The notes below the pieces were generated by a model that ran no database searches, was not told where the DNA came from, and saw only the letters and a program-made list of their open reading frames with translations. A stretch of 64,000 nucleotides of DNA from the NCBI GenBank assembly GCA_041649475.1, contig JBAZNA010000001.1, positions 124,267-188,266 on the forward strand, given 5' to 3'. Positions within the stretch are counted from its first letter, which is position 1. Every line of letters begins with the position of its first letter. This stretch comes from Patescibacteria group bacterium. GTDB lineage: Bacteria; Patescibacteriota; Patescibacteriia; Magasanikbacterales; GWA2-37-8. Both the position numbers and the translations under genes were made by a program. This document shows, piece by piece, positions 18,442 to 27,837 of this stretch.

Positions 18442-19458
18442 CTATTGGCATCTACCTTCAGAGGGGGGGACAGGTTGCCTCTCGGCCGCGAACGCCTTCT
18501 CCACAACCTCGCGCAGCACTAATCCCTTCCCGAACTCGCGAAGCGAGGTCACGATTGGAGCAGAATACCCATACGACACGCGCCTGTACGCGCTTGGTAC
18601 GGGATAGAGAATACGCACCGCCGGGTGCTTGGACCAGTAGAAGTACAACCCAAGACATTGGATCTTGGTGCAGATTGGTACCACCACGATTCGTGGTTGA
18701 ACTCGCCACAGTCGAAGAACACGTTCGCGATGCTGAGCGATGATATCGCGCAAGCGTGATGAGAAGTCGCGTGGTGAAAGGCTGGGCACAAGTTCGGCAA
18801 ACACGTTGTGATGTGCAAGCAGTGGACGATTGACTTCCAGCGCAGTCGTCACGTAGGTCATCGCTACTTCCGGTTGCGTCCAGGGGACGCCTATGGCGGC
18901 AACCGCTATTGCAGGGTCGAGTTCGAGCATGGTTGACAGTCCGCGATCCCCCTCGTAGCCCGCAAGTATGACGGCGAGCAGGGGGGACTGAGGGCTGCAA
19001 AGACCCTCGAATCCAAGCACAGCAACACATTGACGGTGACCAGTACCGGACTCGCCCTGAGCATGTGCCGTATGTCTGGAGCCGCCAACATAGACGACAT
19101 GGCTGATGCGGCCGTACAGCTGATGCAGCAATCGCAGTATGTGGAGCTTGGTCAGACAGGAAATATCAAGGACTATCTCCTTCGCGTCTCCAGCACAGGC
19201 CGCGACTGACCTGACAATCTGGATCTGTGACGAGATGTCACTGCGTATTACCTCATGCCGCACGCCCGCGTCAGCGACCATGAAATCGCATCGATTGACA
19301 TTCGCTATCAGTGCCGGTACCAGCTCCTCGGCTGTCTGATCATAGCGAATCGACAAGACGAGGTCGGGTCTGAAGTTCGACAGGCCGTACTCAAGTGCAG
19401 GCGCACACCGCTCCTCGAAGCTGTACGCATGCACCAAGACTCTAGATGCGTTCGTCAT
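18442..19458 (-). CDS. Rossmann-like (possibly double CARF-like) partner of the SIR2-NTPase
   Basis: Start overlaps the upstream gene end; motifs 'SFEERC', 'LDISCLTK', 'GYEGDR', 'PICTKIQ'; fold is inference. Confidence 0.65.
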   Translation of the reverse strand: MTNASRVLVHAYSFEERCAPALEYGLSNFRPDLVLSIRYDQTAEELVPALIANVNRCDFMVADAGVRHEVIRSDISSQIQIVRSVAACAGDAKEIVLDISCLTKLHILRLLHQLYGRISHVVYVGGSRHTAHAQGESGTGHRQCVAVLGFEGLCSPQSPLLAVILAGYEGDRGLSTMLELDPAIAVAAIGVPWTQPEVAMTYVTTALEVNRPLLAHHNVFAELVPSLSPRDFSSRLRDIIAQHRERVLRLWRVQPRIVVVPICTKIQCLGLYFYWSKHPAVRILYPVPSAYRRVSYGYSAPIVTSLREFGKGLVLREVVEKAFAAERQPVPPSEGRCQ

Positions 19459-21832
19459 TGGGGACCTCAGACTCGCCAGCGAGAGGCAGCTGCATTTGAA
19501 GCGCGTCCGAGGGCAAGAGTGCCGCGAGGAACCCCTGCGGGTTCTCAACAGCCAGCTTCAAGTGCTTGGCCTGTAGTTCTCTCTGATGATGGTCCTCCAA
19601 GCTCAAATGGTACCGAGGGCACAGCAGGCGATGCAGCCGGTACGCGCTCATCGGAGTCAGCTGCGCTGGCGATAGGGACTGCCGGAGATTGGCACGCTGT
19701 AGTACTCCCAGCGTCAAGCAACCTTCAAGCAGTTCCCGAGTCGCCACGTCGAGATTTCCCGGGTCGGTGACGACGAAGCGGAGCGTCCTTTGAGATGTCT
19801 TCTCGGCGCGGCGCTTGCTGTACTCCGCCAGACTATCGAGCAAGATTCCTATGCGATGGCCGGCGGCGCCTCCCCTGCGAGTCTCAGACGAGAAGACGTG
19901 CGAATGGTCGCTGATGACGCGACTCTGAATACGAACGTCAATGGGAGACGACAGGCGCTTGGGCTCGACGTTGACGCTTCCTTGTGCGTCGGTGACGATG
20001 TCTTTGCACAGCTCGAGGAACTTCGAAATGTGACCAGATGAAAGCCGGACGATTTCGTTGAAGCCTGCGTACCCGCTCTCCGGGGGAGTCTCAAACGCAG
20101 GCAGAAGCTCCCTTATCGACGCAAGCGCAGAGCCGAAATTGGAGAGGCGTCGGTTGGCGATGTCCTCAACGTAATGGGGATATCGTTGGCTTGCGCCCCC
20201 GAAGAGCAGCTCATGGTCAAGGTCCGCAATTCGATAGTCTTCATTGGGCTGCAGGGTTCCGAGAGCGGCTCCCGACAACGCGGAGTATGCGCACGCAACC
20301 TTGACGTCGAACCTCCTTGCGGAGATCCAAGAAGCGATGGGATCGAACTGCTCATCGGAGCCCTCGAAGTCGTCGATCATCAGGACGAGGCGTTGGCGTG
20401 CAAGCGGTGGAACCTGTGCGGTGAGAAGAGATACCAGGTCAGAAACGGTGGTGGCCCCAGTACAAGCAGACGCATCAATCCTAGAGCGGTCAATCAGAGA
20501 ACGGGCCTTGCGGATCTCGAACGGTAGGTGTTGGAGAGGAACCTCAGCCGCATCGTCGGTCAAGCGGAGCAGGACGCAAATATCGCGCAGTGTTCGGGCT
20601 CCGGCGAGCAATGTCGGGAAACGATTGCACACCGCGCACAGGCACTCCATGATGCTCTCTGCTACGACTAGGTTCAGGTAATGCTGATAGAAGAGCCGCC
20701 ATTGGCCGGGGTTCTCTTCGGTCAGTCGTTGAGTAGCCATCCGGATATCGCGTCCGAGCTTCACGTAGACGGCCAGGGTAGCAAGTGCGGACGGGTCCGC
20801 CATCGTTTCGAGGTGCCCCCGCGTTGTGAGGGCTCGGAGAAGCATGGATTTCCCGGTGCCTCGCCCTCCGAGCAGGATTGTGTTGCCCGGCGACGTGACC
20901 GTGCCGGTCACGGTCGGGTGGTTAATGAACAAACTCACAACTAGGGAGTCATCTGGAATCTGGTCTGTTTTCCAAAACAAGAACGGATTGGTCGCCTCGG
21001 GCAGGGTCTCCTTCTCATGACGGGCCAAGGCGCGCCCCACTACGGGCTCGTTTGTTTGAAGTGCCTGCGTGTGACTTCGCAGCGCGCGGAAGAACTCACT
21101 CGCATTCATGGGTACTGGTACTACTTCGGCGAGCTCGCGAAATCGTCCTACATCCTCGAGATGAGGATGAGGATTGACGACGAAGAGCAGCGGTTTCTGA
21201 CCAGAGGCTTTCAGGGAGAGAAACCACCGTATGCAGTTGGCATCGCGGCCACGGAAGCCAACGAACACGAGGGGACCGCCTACGCAGAGCGTGACGATTC
21301 TCGGCAGTACGAGTTGCAGGTACTTGACGCATCTCTCCTCGATGTCAGAGTCGGTAAGACAATAGGGGCCCGCCCGGTTGATGCACCCATATATTTTGTA
21401 GAGCTTGCGACTAGTCGGTCGCTGGTCAGCCTGAGGAATATCCTGATCGCAGGTCACCACTTCTAGGTGCGTCGAGTCGTGTACCGTCTCTAGGAGCGTG
21501 TCATAGTTGGTCGTGACGATGTTGTCGATTCTCTCCAAGTCACGGAATAGCTCATAGGGCTGGCGACTCGCGGCCTTCTGGCTCTCCTTCAGTGTGTTCT
21601 GAACGAACGCGTCAAGTTCCACCCTCATGCGTCCCGTGCCGAGGAACCGCTCAGCGACCATCCCGAGGTCGTCCGTAGGGGGAAGCTCGAATCTCTTCGC
21701 GATTAGGCGAGCAAGTTGAGCCGCGCTCGGAAGGCCCGCGTCGATGCCGACGCCAGCACCGAGGAAGAACATCAGCCTGCCTTGCCTCAGGTAGTCGGCC
21801 AAGATGCGGACGGGATCGGGTACTTGGCTCAT
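19442..21832 (-). CDS. SIR2-like domain fused to a P-loop NTPase (ORC/CDC6-like or STAND-like); putative defence protein
   Basis: SIR2 motifs 'FLGAGV', 'TTNYD', 'KIYG', 'FVGFRGRD'; Walker A 'GGRGTGKS', Walker B 'LMIDD'. Confidence 0.82.
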   Translation of the reverse strand: MSQVPDPVRILADYLRQGRLMFFLGAGVGIDAGLPSAAQLARLIAKRFELPPTDDLGMVAERFLGTGRMRVELDAFVQNTLKESQKAASRQPYELFRDLERIDNIVTTNYDTLLETVHDSTHLEVVTCDQDIPQADQRPTSRKLYKIYGCINRAGPYCLTDSDIEERCVKYLQLVLPRIVTLCVGGPLVFVGFRGRDANCIRWFLSLKASGQKPLLFVVNPHPHLEDVGRFRELAEVVPVPMNASEFFRALRSHTQALQTNEPVVGRALARHEKETLPEATNPFLFWKTDQIPDDSLVVSLFINHPTVTGTVTSPGNTILLGGRGTGKSMLLRALTTRGHLETMADPSALATLAVYVKLGRDIRMATQRLTEENPGQWRLFYQHYLNLVVAESIMECLCAVCNRFPTLLAGARTLRDICVLLRLTDDAAEVPLQHLPFEIRKARSLIDRSRIDASACTGATTVSDLVSLLTAQVPPLARQRLVLMIDDFEGSDEQFDPIASWISARRFDVKVACAYSALSGAALGTLQPNEDYRIADLDHELLFGGASQRYPHYVEDIANRRLSNFGSALASIRELLPAFETPPESGYAGFNEIVRLSSGHISKFLELCKDIVTDAQGSVNVEPKRLSSPIDVRIQSRVISDHSHVFSSETRRGGAAGHRIGILLDSLAEYSKRRAEKTSQRTLRFVVTDPGNLDVATRELLEGCLTLGVLQRANLRQSLSPAQLTPMSAYRLHRLLCPRYHLSLEDHHQRELQAKHLKLAVENPQGFLAALLPSDALQMQLPLAGESEVPNDERI

Positions 21833-22019
21833 GAAGCACCCCCTTACAGAGGCAGCCTATCATGGTCAAGGAGCCACGTCAGCTGCGTGAGGAAGTTGGC
21901 CGGATGCCGGCTTGGCCAGGCAGGATGCGCGTGTAATTCCAATTACATGCTATTATGTGATTGACACGGGCAAGCGAGCGCGTAAGCTCGGAGCCGTGAT
22001 TCCAATTCCTCCCCAGGAT

Positions 22020-23012
22020 ATGAATGAACTGGCTCGGTCCTTTGAGGGCTATCTGCGCGTCGAGCGCGGCCGTAGTCCGATGACCATCAAGCGCTATCTC
22101 TCGACCCTCACCAAGTTCGCCGCCTATATTGACGCGGAGAACGCGGACCTGGTTCTTGAGAAGGTGGTCAAGGCCGACCTGGTCAAGTTCCTGCGGCAGT
22201 CAGCCGGCGACGGTAATGAGCCGTCGCGGACCACCTGGAATCTGGCCCTCGCTTCGCTTCGCTCGTTCTACGAGTATCTGTTCAAGACGGAGGTCATCAA
22301 CGTGAATCCGGCCATGCGTATCGACCGGCTCAAGACCAATCTTCGAGAGCCGACCCCTCTGTCCCTGGACGAGTACCTTGCCCTGGTCGAAGCAGCGGAG
22401 CAGCTATCAGCCAAACCTGTGCGTTCGCGGAACGCGGTCATCATCCACGTCCTGTTTCACTCCTCGCTCCGCGTGCGTGAGGTCTGCTCGCTCAACCTCG
22501 ACCACCTGGACTTTGACAATCGATGGTTTTCAAACATCAGGACTAAGGGAAGCAAGTGGCTGTCGCTTCCCTTCAGCGACCTGGTATCGGCCGCCCTTGA
22601 GCGCTATCTCAACGATCGCACTCATCTGGCGGCCAACAAAAAAAACGGCGAGCCCGAGCTCGCCCTGTTTCTCTCCACCAGAGGCACCCGCCTCTCAATC
22701 CGCGCCATCGAGGAGATGGTCACAAACTGCGCCCAGCAAGCGGGGATCTCTCGTTCGGTCGGCCCCCACCTGGTCCGCCACTCTGGGGCCACCGGAATGT
22801 CCGAGTTGGGTACCCCGCTATCCGTTGTTCAGGAAATCCTCGGCCACGCGTCAGTATCGACGACCCGTCGCTATGTCCATGTCCGCGACGTTGCCAGGCG
22901 AAACGCGGTTGATTCCCTCGGGAAGGAGGTCACGAAGCGACTTCGTGACCGAACTCGCAGGCCGTCTCGTCGTTCCACCAGCACACCCGACGTCGGATTC
23001 AACGAGCAGTAG
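22020..23012 (+). CDS. XerC/XerD-like tyrosine recombinase
   Basis: 'FEGYLRVERGRSPMTIKRY', 'LRVREV', 'TKG', 'HLVRHS', 'LGHASVSTTRRY'; TTGACA-N16-TAAGCT upstream. Confidence 0.9.
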   Translation: MNELARSFEGYLRVERGRSPMTIKRYLSTLTKFAAYIDAENADLVLEKVVKADLVKFLRQSAGDGNEPSRTTWNLALASLRSFYEYLFKTEVINVNPAMRIDRLKTNLREPTPLSLDEYLALVEAAEQLSAKPVRSRNAVIIHVLFHSSLRVREVCSLNLDHLDFDNRWFSNIRTKGSKWLSLPFSDLVSAALERYLNDRTHLAANKKNGEPELALFLSTRGTRLSIRAIEEMVTNCAQQAGISRSVGPHLVRHSGATGMSELGTPLSVVQEILGHASVSTTRRYVHVRDVARRNAVDSLGKEVTKRLRDRTRRPSRRSTSTPDVGFNEQ

Positions 23013-23095
23013 CAAGACGAGCGGATAGGATATCGATGGACAGGCACCATGGCTTCCGATAGCATCGCAGCAATCCACTAGGAGGCCTGACGAGA

Positions 23096-23566
23096 ATGGC
23101 GCGTCCACGAAAAGGTGATTTCAAGGCCGAGCTTCGACCAATCGTTGAAGACTTCGTCGAGCGCATCGCGCAGTTGATGCAGACTCGCGCTCGTGATGAG
23201 ATGAGGGGCAAGCTCGAGGTTCTTCTCGAGGAGACTCCGCCCATCGCGACCAAGGGAACCAGGGGACGCAAGGGCCCGCGCAAGGCCAAGCCTTGCAGGG
23301 TTCCCGACTGCGGCAAGCCCAGCAAGGGCCCGCGCTTCAACTTCTTCTGCGCGGACCACTGGGAACTCCCAGCCGAAGAGAAGGCCAAGATCGTGGCCGC
23401 GGACAAAGCCGCCAAGAAGGCCGCCAAGGCTTCCGGTCGGACTGGCGGTGAGCAAGCCGGCTCTGGCGAAGGCGCAGCAGCCAATGGCACCAAGCCAGCC
23501 GCCAAGCGTGCCGCGACCAAGAAGGTCGGCAACGCCAAGAAGCGACGCAAGTCAGCCAAATCCTAG
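23096..23566 (+). CDS. Basic Lys/Ala-rich protein with a CxxxxC...CxxH zinc finger (putative nucleoid-associated protein)
   Basis: AGGAGG RBS; 'CRVPDCGKPSKGPRFNFFCADH'; histone-H1-like tail. Confidence 0.75.
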   Translation: MARPRKGDFKAELRPIVEDFVERIAQLMQTRARDEMRGKLEVLLEETPPIATKGTRGRKGPRKAKPCRVPDCGKPSKGPRFNFFCADHWELPAEEKAKIVAADKAAKKAAKASGRTGGEQAGSGEGAAANGTKPAAKRAATKKVGNAKKRRKSAKS

Positions 23567-23737
23567 ATCGGCCGACCGCGTGTAATTGGAATTGTCCGCA
23601 ATAGTTAGTGGGTGTGGATAACTCCACAGTGAATTGCGTGCCCATAAGACCAGGAGGGAATGACAACGCAAGGCTTATAGCTCTATCCGGATTCGTCACA
23701 ACCAACGGCAATGCAGGTCGCGAAAGGGGAAACAGTC

Positions 23738-24247
23738 ATGAGGGTGTGTAGCGTCACTATCCTATCCGTAGTCCTCGCAGTGGCAGGCATAGGGTGCGGG
23801 CTGATGAGCGACGGATCGAAGGGCTCGTCGACGCCTGCCGCAAGTTCGGCCAAGCCGGCCTCTCTCGACGCTTACCAAATGGCACCCTACAAGAAGCTCG
23901 GCAGCGAGGCGTTCGTCGACGAGTACAAGGGGAAGTACATTCGCTTCAAGGCCATGTTCATTGGCGAGTGGACAATCGTCAACAACTACAAGCTCGGCGG
24001 GATTGAGACCGATGGCCGTGTCTTCGTGAACCACCGCGATGCCGACTACCAGACGACCGCCACGCCCCTCGGCCCGAGTGATTCTGAGTTTCCGCCGTTC
24101 GTCCTCTCTGTGCCCAAGAGCGCCAGCGACTTCGTCTATTCCTCGAAGCGCGGCGACATCATCGAGGTCTGGGGGAGGGCTGAGGAGGCCAACGTTCCGG
24201 GCAAGCACACTGTGCACATCCTCGTAGATAGGATCCAGAAGCCGTAG
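23738..24247 (+). CDS. Putative lipoprotein with OB-fold-like domain
   Basis: Signal peptide ending 'AGIGC'; 'KRGDIIEVWG' OB-like strand. Confidence 0.65.
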   Translation: MRVCSVTILSVVLAVAGIGCGLMSDGSKGSSTPAASSAKPASLDAYQMAPYKKLGSEAFVDEYKGKYIRFKAMFIGEWTIVNNYKLGGIETDGRVFVNHRDADYQTTATPLGPSDSEFPPFVLSVPKSASDFVYSSKRGDIIEVWGRAEEANVPGKHTVHILVDRIQKP

Positions 24248-24327
24248 CGCCGCGAGGCTCGCCGGGATTCCTACAGGCGGGCCAGGGGGCCCGACAGGCC
24301 ACACCATCCCTCCCTGCTCTCCCATCA

Positions 24328-24491
24328 AGGCTGCAATTCTCGTAGCTGGCCGAGTGCTCCTAGTCGCCCCGAACGCGATCTCGCTTGCCGTGGCCGCATG
24401 ACGGTGCGTAGGATCGAATCAGGCTCCACGGAGCCTGGTCGCCGGCCAGCTGCCCCCCAGGCTGGTCGGCGGCCACTTCCTCGGAGGCAGA
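24328..24491 (+). repeat. Diverged ~165 bp direct repeat, copy 1 (hairpin-rich)
   Basis: Aligns by eye with 24929-25101, including TCGAATCAGGCTCCA and AGCCTGGTCGCC. Confidence 0.75.
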
Positions 24492-24643
24492 TTCTCCCTC
24501 AAGCAGAGAGGCCCTCCTTCCGATGAAGATGTTCGTGGCCAGGGACTCGGGGCCAACGCGGATCATCGTCGATGCCGTCCCTCCGACAGGTGGGCAGGCT
24601 TGCAGATCGACATTGCGGCGAAACTCAAGGGCGCGAGGTCAAG

Positions 24644-24853
24644 ATGGCTTGGGTCACTGAATTCGATCTCAATGGCAAACAAGTCGTCCTTTTCGTCGTG
24701 AGCGTGGTGCCGCCGAGCGAGCTGGGCATGCTGGAGTACTCCGACCCGCTGACAGGGACGAGGAAGAGGTTCAGCGGCAACATCCTGACTTGGCAGGAGC
24801 ACACCGGATCGTGCCCTGACGGTGCAGCGCTTGCGCATCCGGTCCATGAATAG
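24644..24853 (+). CDS. Small hypothetical protein between the repeats
   Basis: GAGG RBS; 'MAWVTEFDLNGKQVVLFVV'. Confidence 0.5.
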   Translation: MAWVTEFDLNGKQVVLFVVSVVPPSELGMLEYSDPLTGTRKRFSGNILTWQEHTGSCPDGAALAHPVHE

Positions 24854-24928
24854 GAGGCAGGCAGGGAGACACGCTTCTTGCCCCGACGCGCCCGAGAACC
24901 GACCGCGGCGCCTTCTCGCTTGCCCCCC

Positions 24929-25101
24929 AGGGCTGTGTTCTTGTAGCTGGCGGAGCCGCTCCTTGTCGGCGCGATCGCGATCCCGCTTGCTCGGTCCTCA
25001 TCGCCGCGCGTAGGGTCGAATCAGGCTCCATGAAGCCTGGTCGCCTGCCAGCCGCCCCCACAGGTTGGCAGGCGACCGATGTTTCTCTCGCAGGAGCGGA
25101 C
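24929..25101 (+). repeat. Diverged direct repeat, copy 2
   Basis: Matches copy 1 at 24328-24491. Confidence 0.75.
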
Positions 25102-25145
25102 CGCTGTGTCACTAGGGGACGCCGCTTCTACGACAAGGACGATCA

Positions 25146-26606
25146 CTATTCCTGAGAAATGCAGGTCCTCATGCGCCAGTATTCCTGAAGCGCCAGTGCA
25201 GCGAGGTTCATCCATTGACGGCCGCTATCGTCCTGACGCCAGTTGGCGAGTAAGTTGAAAACTGAGCGCCTGTCAGTGCTAATCCAGTCCAAGCGGCCGT
25301 GCTCGAACACCGCTTGGCAAGCCTCGACGCGTTCCACTATCTGGCTCTCAGGGAGTCGGGCGCGAACGTGCGCCACGACGTGTACCAGAGGGCCATTGAG
25401 ATTGTACCCGAACCAGGATACCTGTATGGGGCCGTGCTCACTTGGCATGAGTCCAACTTCCTCGTTCAAGCAGCGTTCTGCCAGATGAACTAAATCCTCC
25501 TGATAACCAGAAACCGCAAGCGGCGAGACCATAGTTTCATTCGGGCCAATGGTCCACATGTTCTGTGACGTTCTGACTGAACGTGAGCGTTTGATGGCGA
25601 GCAACCGACCGCTACTCGCCAATACCACTACATTCATGGCAATCACGGACCGCGGGGCGCGCCTTACCACGTCGCGCGGGGCGCTCGTTCGGAGACGCTG
25701 CTCCACATGGCTTCTTTCGTCACTTGTCATGCAGGCGTTGGCGGCCAGGAAGTCGCCATAGACGCTCGGAGCAATGTACATTCGAAAGACTTGGCCCCGC
25801 ACACTTTCGCGATGATCGATTTCGTAGTCAACGAGATGGGAGGACGGACCTCCGGGATCGGTGACGTCCTTGGTTGCGTTGGCCAGTCGTTTGGGATCCA
25901 CCCAGTCCTGTGTTGAGGGCGGGTGGACGACCACTACTTCCTGCCGATCACGCGTGAGCTGCCTTGCCGGAGACCAGCGGTTGAGGCAGATGAGGTGCTC
26001 CTGCTCGGGTTCAAACAACGGCAGCTCGCCAGTAGTCACCTGATCAGCAACCGCAGAAGCCGCCCGCCCTGTTCTCTGCTGGCGCGGGTTAGGCAAGCCG
26101 CGCCTTAGGGGGCCGCCGATTTTTCTCACCGCCAACCGCTGTGGTCGTTCGTGGAGAAGATGTCGGAACTCCCGTTGTTCTCCGGGAGTGAAGAGGAGCC
26201 TGTGGTACTTGGACCCAGCCTGCTTGATCGCATTACCCCCTTCAAACGCTTCCCACTTGCGAGCAGAACTCGCAATGCGAAACGCTTTGACTTCCTCCTC
26301 AGTGAAATTGCCCTCGATGTACTTTGAGAGAAGCTCGAAAACCGCGCGTCGGCCTGCCTTCTTGTTGGCTACCGCGGCCCAGATGACCATCTGACGTACG
26401 CCCTCGGCTATTGTTGTCTCGCGATTCTCCTTGGCCAGGGCAATGACGCGTTTTGCAAACCGATGCTGGTGTTCGGTAGCTCCCGCAGCATGCACCCCGT
26501 TGAGAGTTGCCTCTCGTCTGCGACCGCTGCCGTGATGGAGTGTCGTTGAACTGCTCCTGATCTTCACGCTGCGTCGACTGCCAGAACCTCGGGAACCGCG
26601 AGACAT
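25146..26606 (-). CDS. Protein with C-terminal divergent Nudix-like domain
   Basis: 'LLAIKRS', 'WTIGPNETM', 'AERCLNEEVGL' (Nudix box-like); GGAG RBS. Confidence 0.65.
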   Translation of the reverse strand: MSRGSRGSGSRRSVKIRSSSTTLHHGSGRRREATLNGVHAAGATEHQHRFAKRVIALAKENRETTIAEGVRQMVIWAAVANKKAGRRAVFELLSKYIEGNFTEEEVKAFRIASSARKWEAFEGGNAIKQAGSKYHRLLFTPGEQREFRHLLHERPQRLAVRKIGGPLRRGLPNPRQQRTGRAASAVADQVTTGELPLFEPEQEHLICLNRWSPARQLTRDRQEVVVVHPPSTQDWVDPKRLANATKDVTDPGGPSSHLVDYEIDHRESVRGQVFRMYIAPSVYGDFLAANACMTSDERSHVEQRLRTSAPRDVVRRAPRSVIAMNVVVLASSGRLLAIKRSRSVRTSQNMWTIGPNETMVSPLAVSGYQEDLVHLAERCLNEEVGLMPSEHGPIQVSWFGYNLNGPLVHVVAHVRARLPESQIVERVEACQAVFEHGRLDWISTDRRSVFNLLANWRQDDSGRQWMNLAALALQEYWRMRTCISQE

Positions 26607-27018
26607 CGATTCGTTCTCCTCGGTATCCGCTTACCAGAAGCTTACCACGCACTGACCGTGTACTTACCTTCGCGCGCGCGGGCTCGCGGAAAATGAACGC
26701 ATACGAAAAAGCACCCTCTGCGCGAGGGTGCGACGAACAAGGAGAAACGCGAACGGATATCAACGAGTGAAAATGTGAGGAGCCGCGACTCGGCGCAACG
26801 GTGTTAGAGCACCGCCGCTAAGGAACGGCACACGCAACCCCCTTACAGGCAGGAGGATGCACATGCAGCACCGACCGAAGACGCGGCCCCTCGGGCTGGG
26901 CGTCAAGTACCCGCGCAACCCGAGTGGCCACATTCCGGCAACCTTATCCCACATGTACCACAATGTGGGCTCCTTCGTCAATCACCCCGCTGTGGATAAC
27001 TCTCCCTGCTTCTTGGTC

Positions 27019-27837
27019 ATGCTGTCGACCGTTGGCCTGTTGCTGGCTTGTCTGTTCGCCGCCGGCTGCATGCCTGACGCCCCGTTGTCGCCGGCCTCGT
27101 CCGACACCGTCGGGTCATTGGCGTCTCCGTCCTCGCCAGCATCCACCACCTCCCCGATTTCAACGAGGAAGCGGCGCGAGGTGGGGGTGCTCGTGCATGT
27201 TGTCGACCAGAGCACATCCACCTCGGCCGACTGGCGCTGTGAGGAGGTGCTCGCCCGTGTCATCTCCACGATGAGCCTGCCGGGCATACGCGCGCTCGAT
27301 GTCATGGTTCTGGGCACCGGCGGAGCATTCAACAACGAGCCGAGCATCATCGTCCCATGGATCCGCTTCCGGCCGCGTCACGACCCCTTCACTCCCGGCG
27401 ACAGCATCGAGGTCCAGCGCCAGCGCTACCTCAAGGACATCCACGCCCAGTGCTCGGCGCACATTTCGCGGACCCACAGCTCGCCGATTTTCACGGCCAT
27501 CGCCCGCGGGGTGGAGAGCCTGCGCGCGCACTGCTCGGAGGTGGAGCGCTCCGGCGATCGGTGCACCCGCAAGCACGTCTCCGTCGCCTCGGACATGCGC
27601 GAGAACGGCCAGGCGTCGATCACAGCGCGCCTCTACCGGCGCCACCCGCGCTTCTCCACCGGCACGCTGCCGGTGATTGAGATCGACAACGACATCACCC
27701 TCAGCATCTGCGGGGTCGCCAACTACTCGGACACCGATTCCGTCTCCGGCTCGCGCCTGCGCGCCGTCTGGACCGAGGTGTTCAGCAACCGGCTGCCGGC
27801 CTTCGACGCTGCCTGCGCCCGCACCTCGGTGCAGTGA
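27019..27837 (+). CDS. Putative lipoprotein with vWA-like domain
   Basis: Lipobox 'FAAGC'; MIDAS-like 'VVDQSTS', 'SPI', 'ASDMREN'. Confidence 0.6.
   Translation: MLSTVGLLLACLFAAGCMPDAPLSPASSDTVGSLASPSSPASTTSPISTRKRREVGVLVHVVDQSTSTSADWRCEEVLARVISTMSLPGIRALDVMVLGTGGAFNNEPSIIVPWIRFRPRHDPFTPGDSIEVQRQRYLKDIHAQCSAHISRTHSSPIFTAIARGVESLRAHCSEVERSGDRCTRKHVSVASDMRENGQASITARLYRRHPRFSTGTLPVIEIDNDITLSICGVANYSDTDSVSGSRLRAVWTEVFSNRLPAFDAACARTSVQ

Noticed and set aside
21936-21963. dif-like site upstream of the XerC-like gene, and its similarity to 60876-60899
   Set aside because: Only TTATGT resembles a XerD arm and there is no XerC arm; the shared TGCTATTAT is explained as an extended -10 promoter box.
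22020-23012. Integron integrase
   Set aside because: No IntI-specific insertion before the HxxRH motif and no canonical attC sites recognised.
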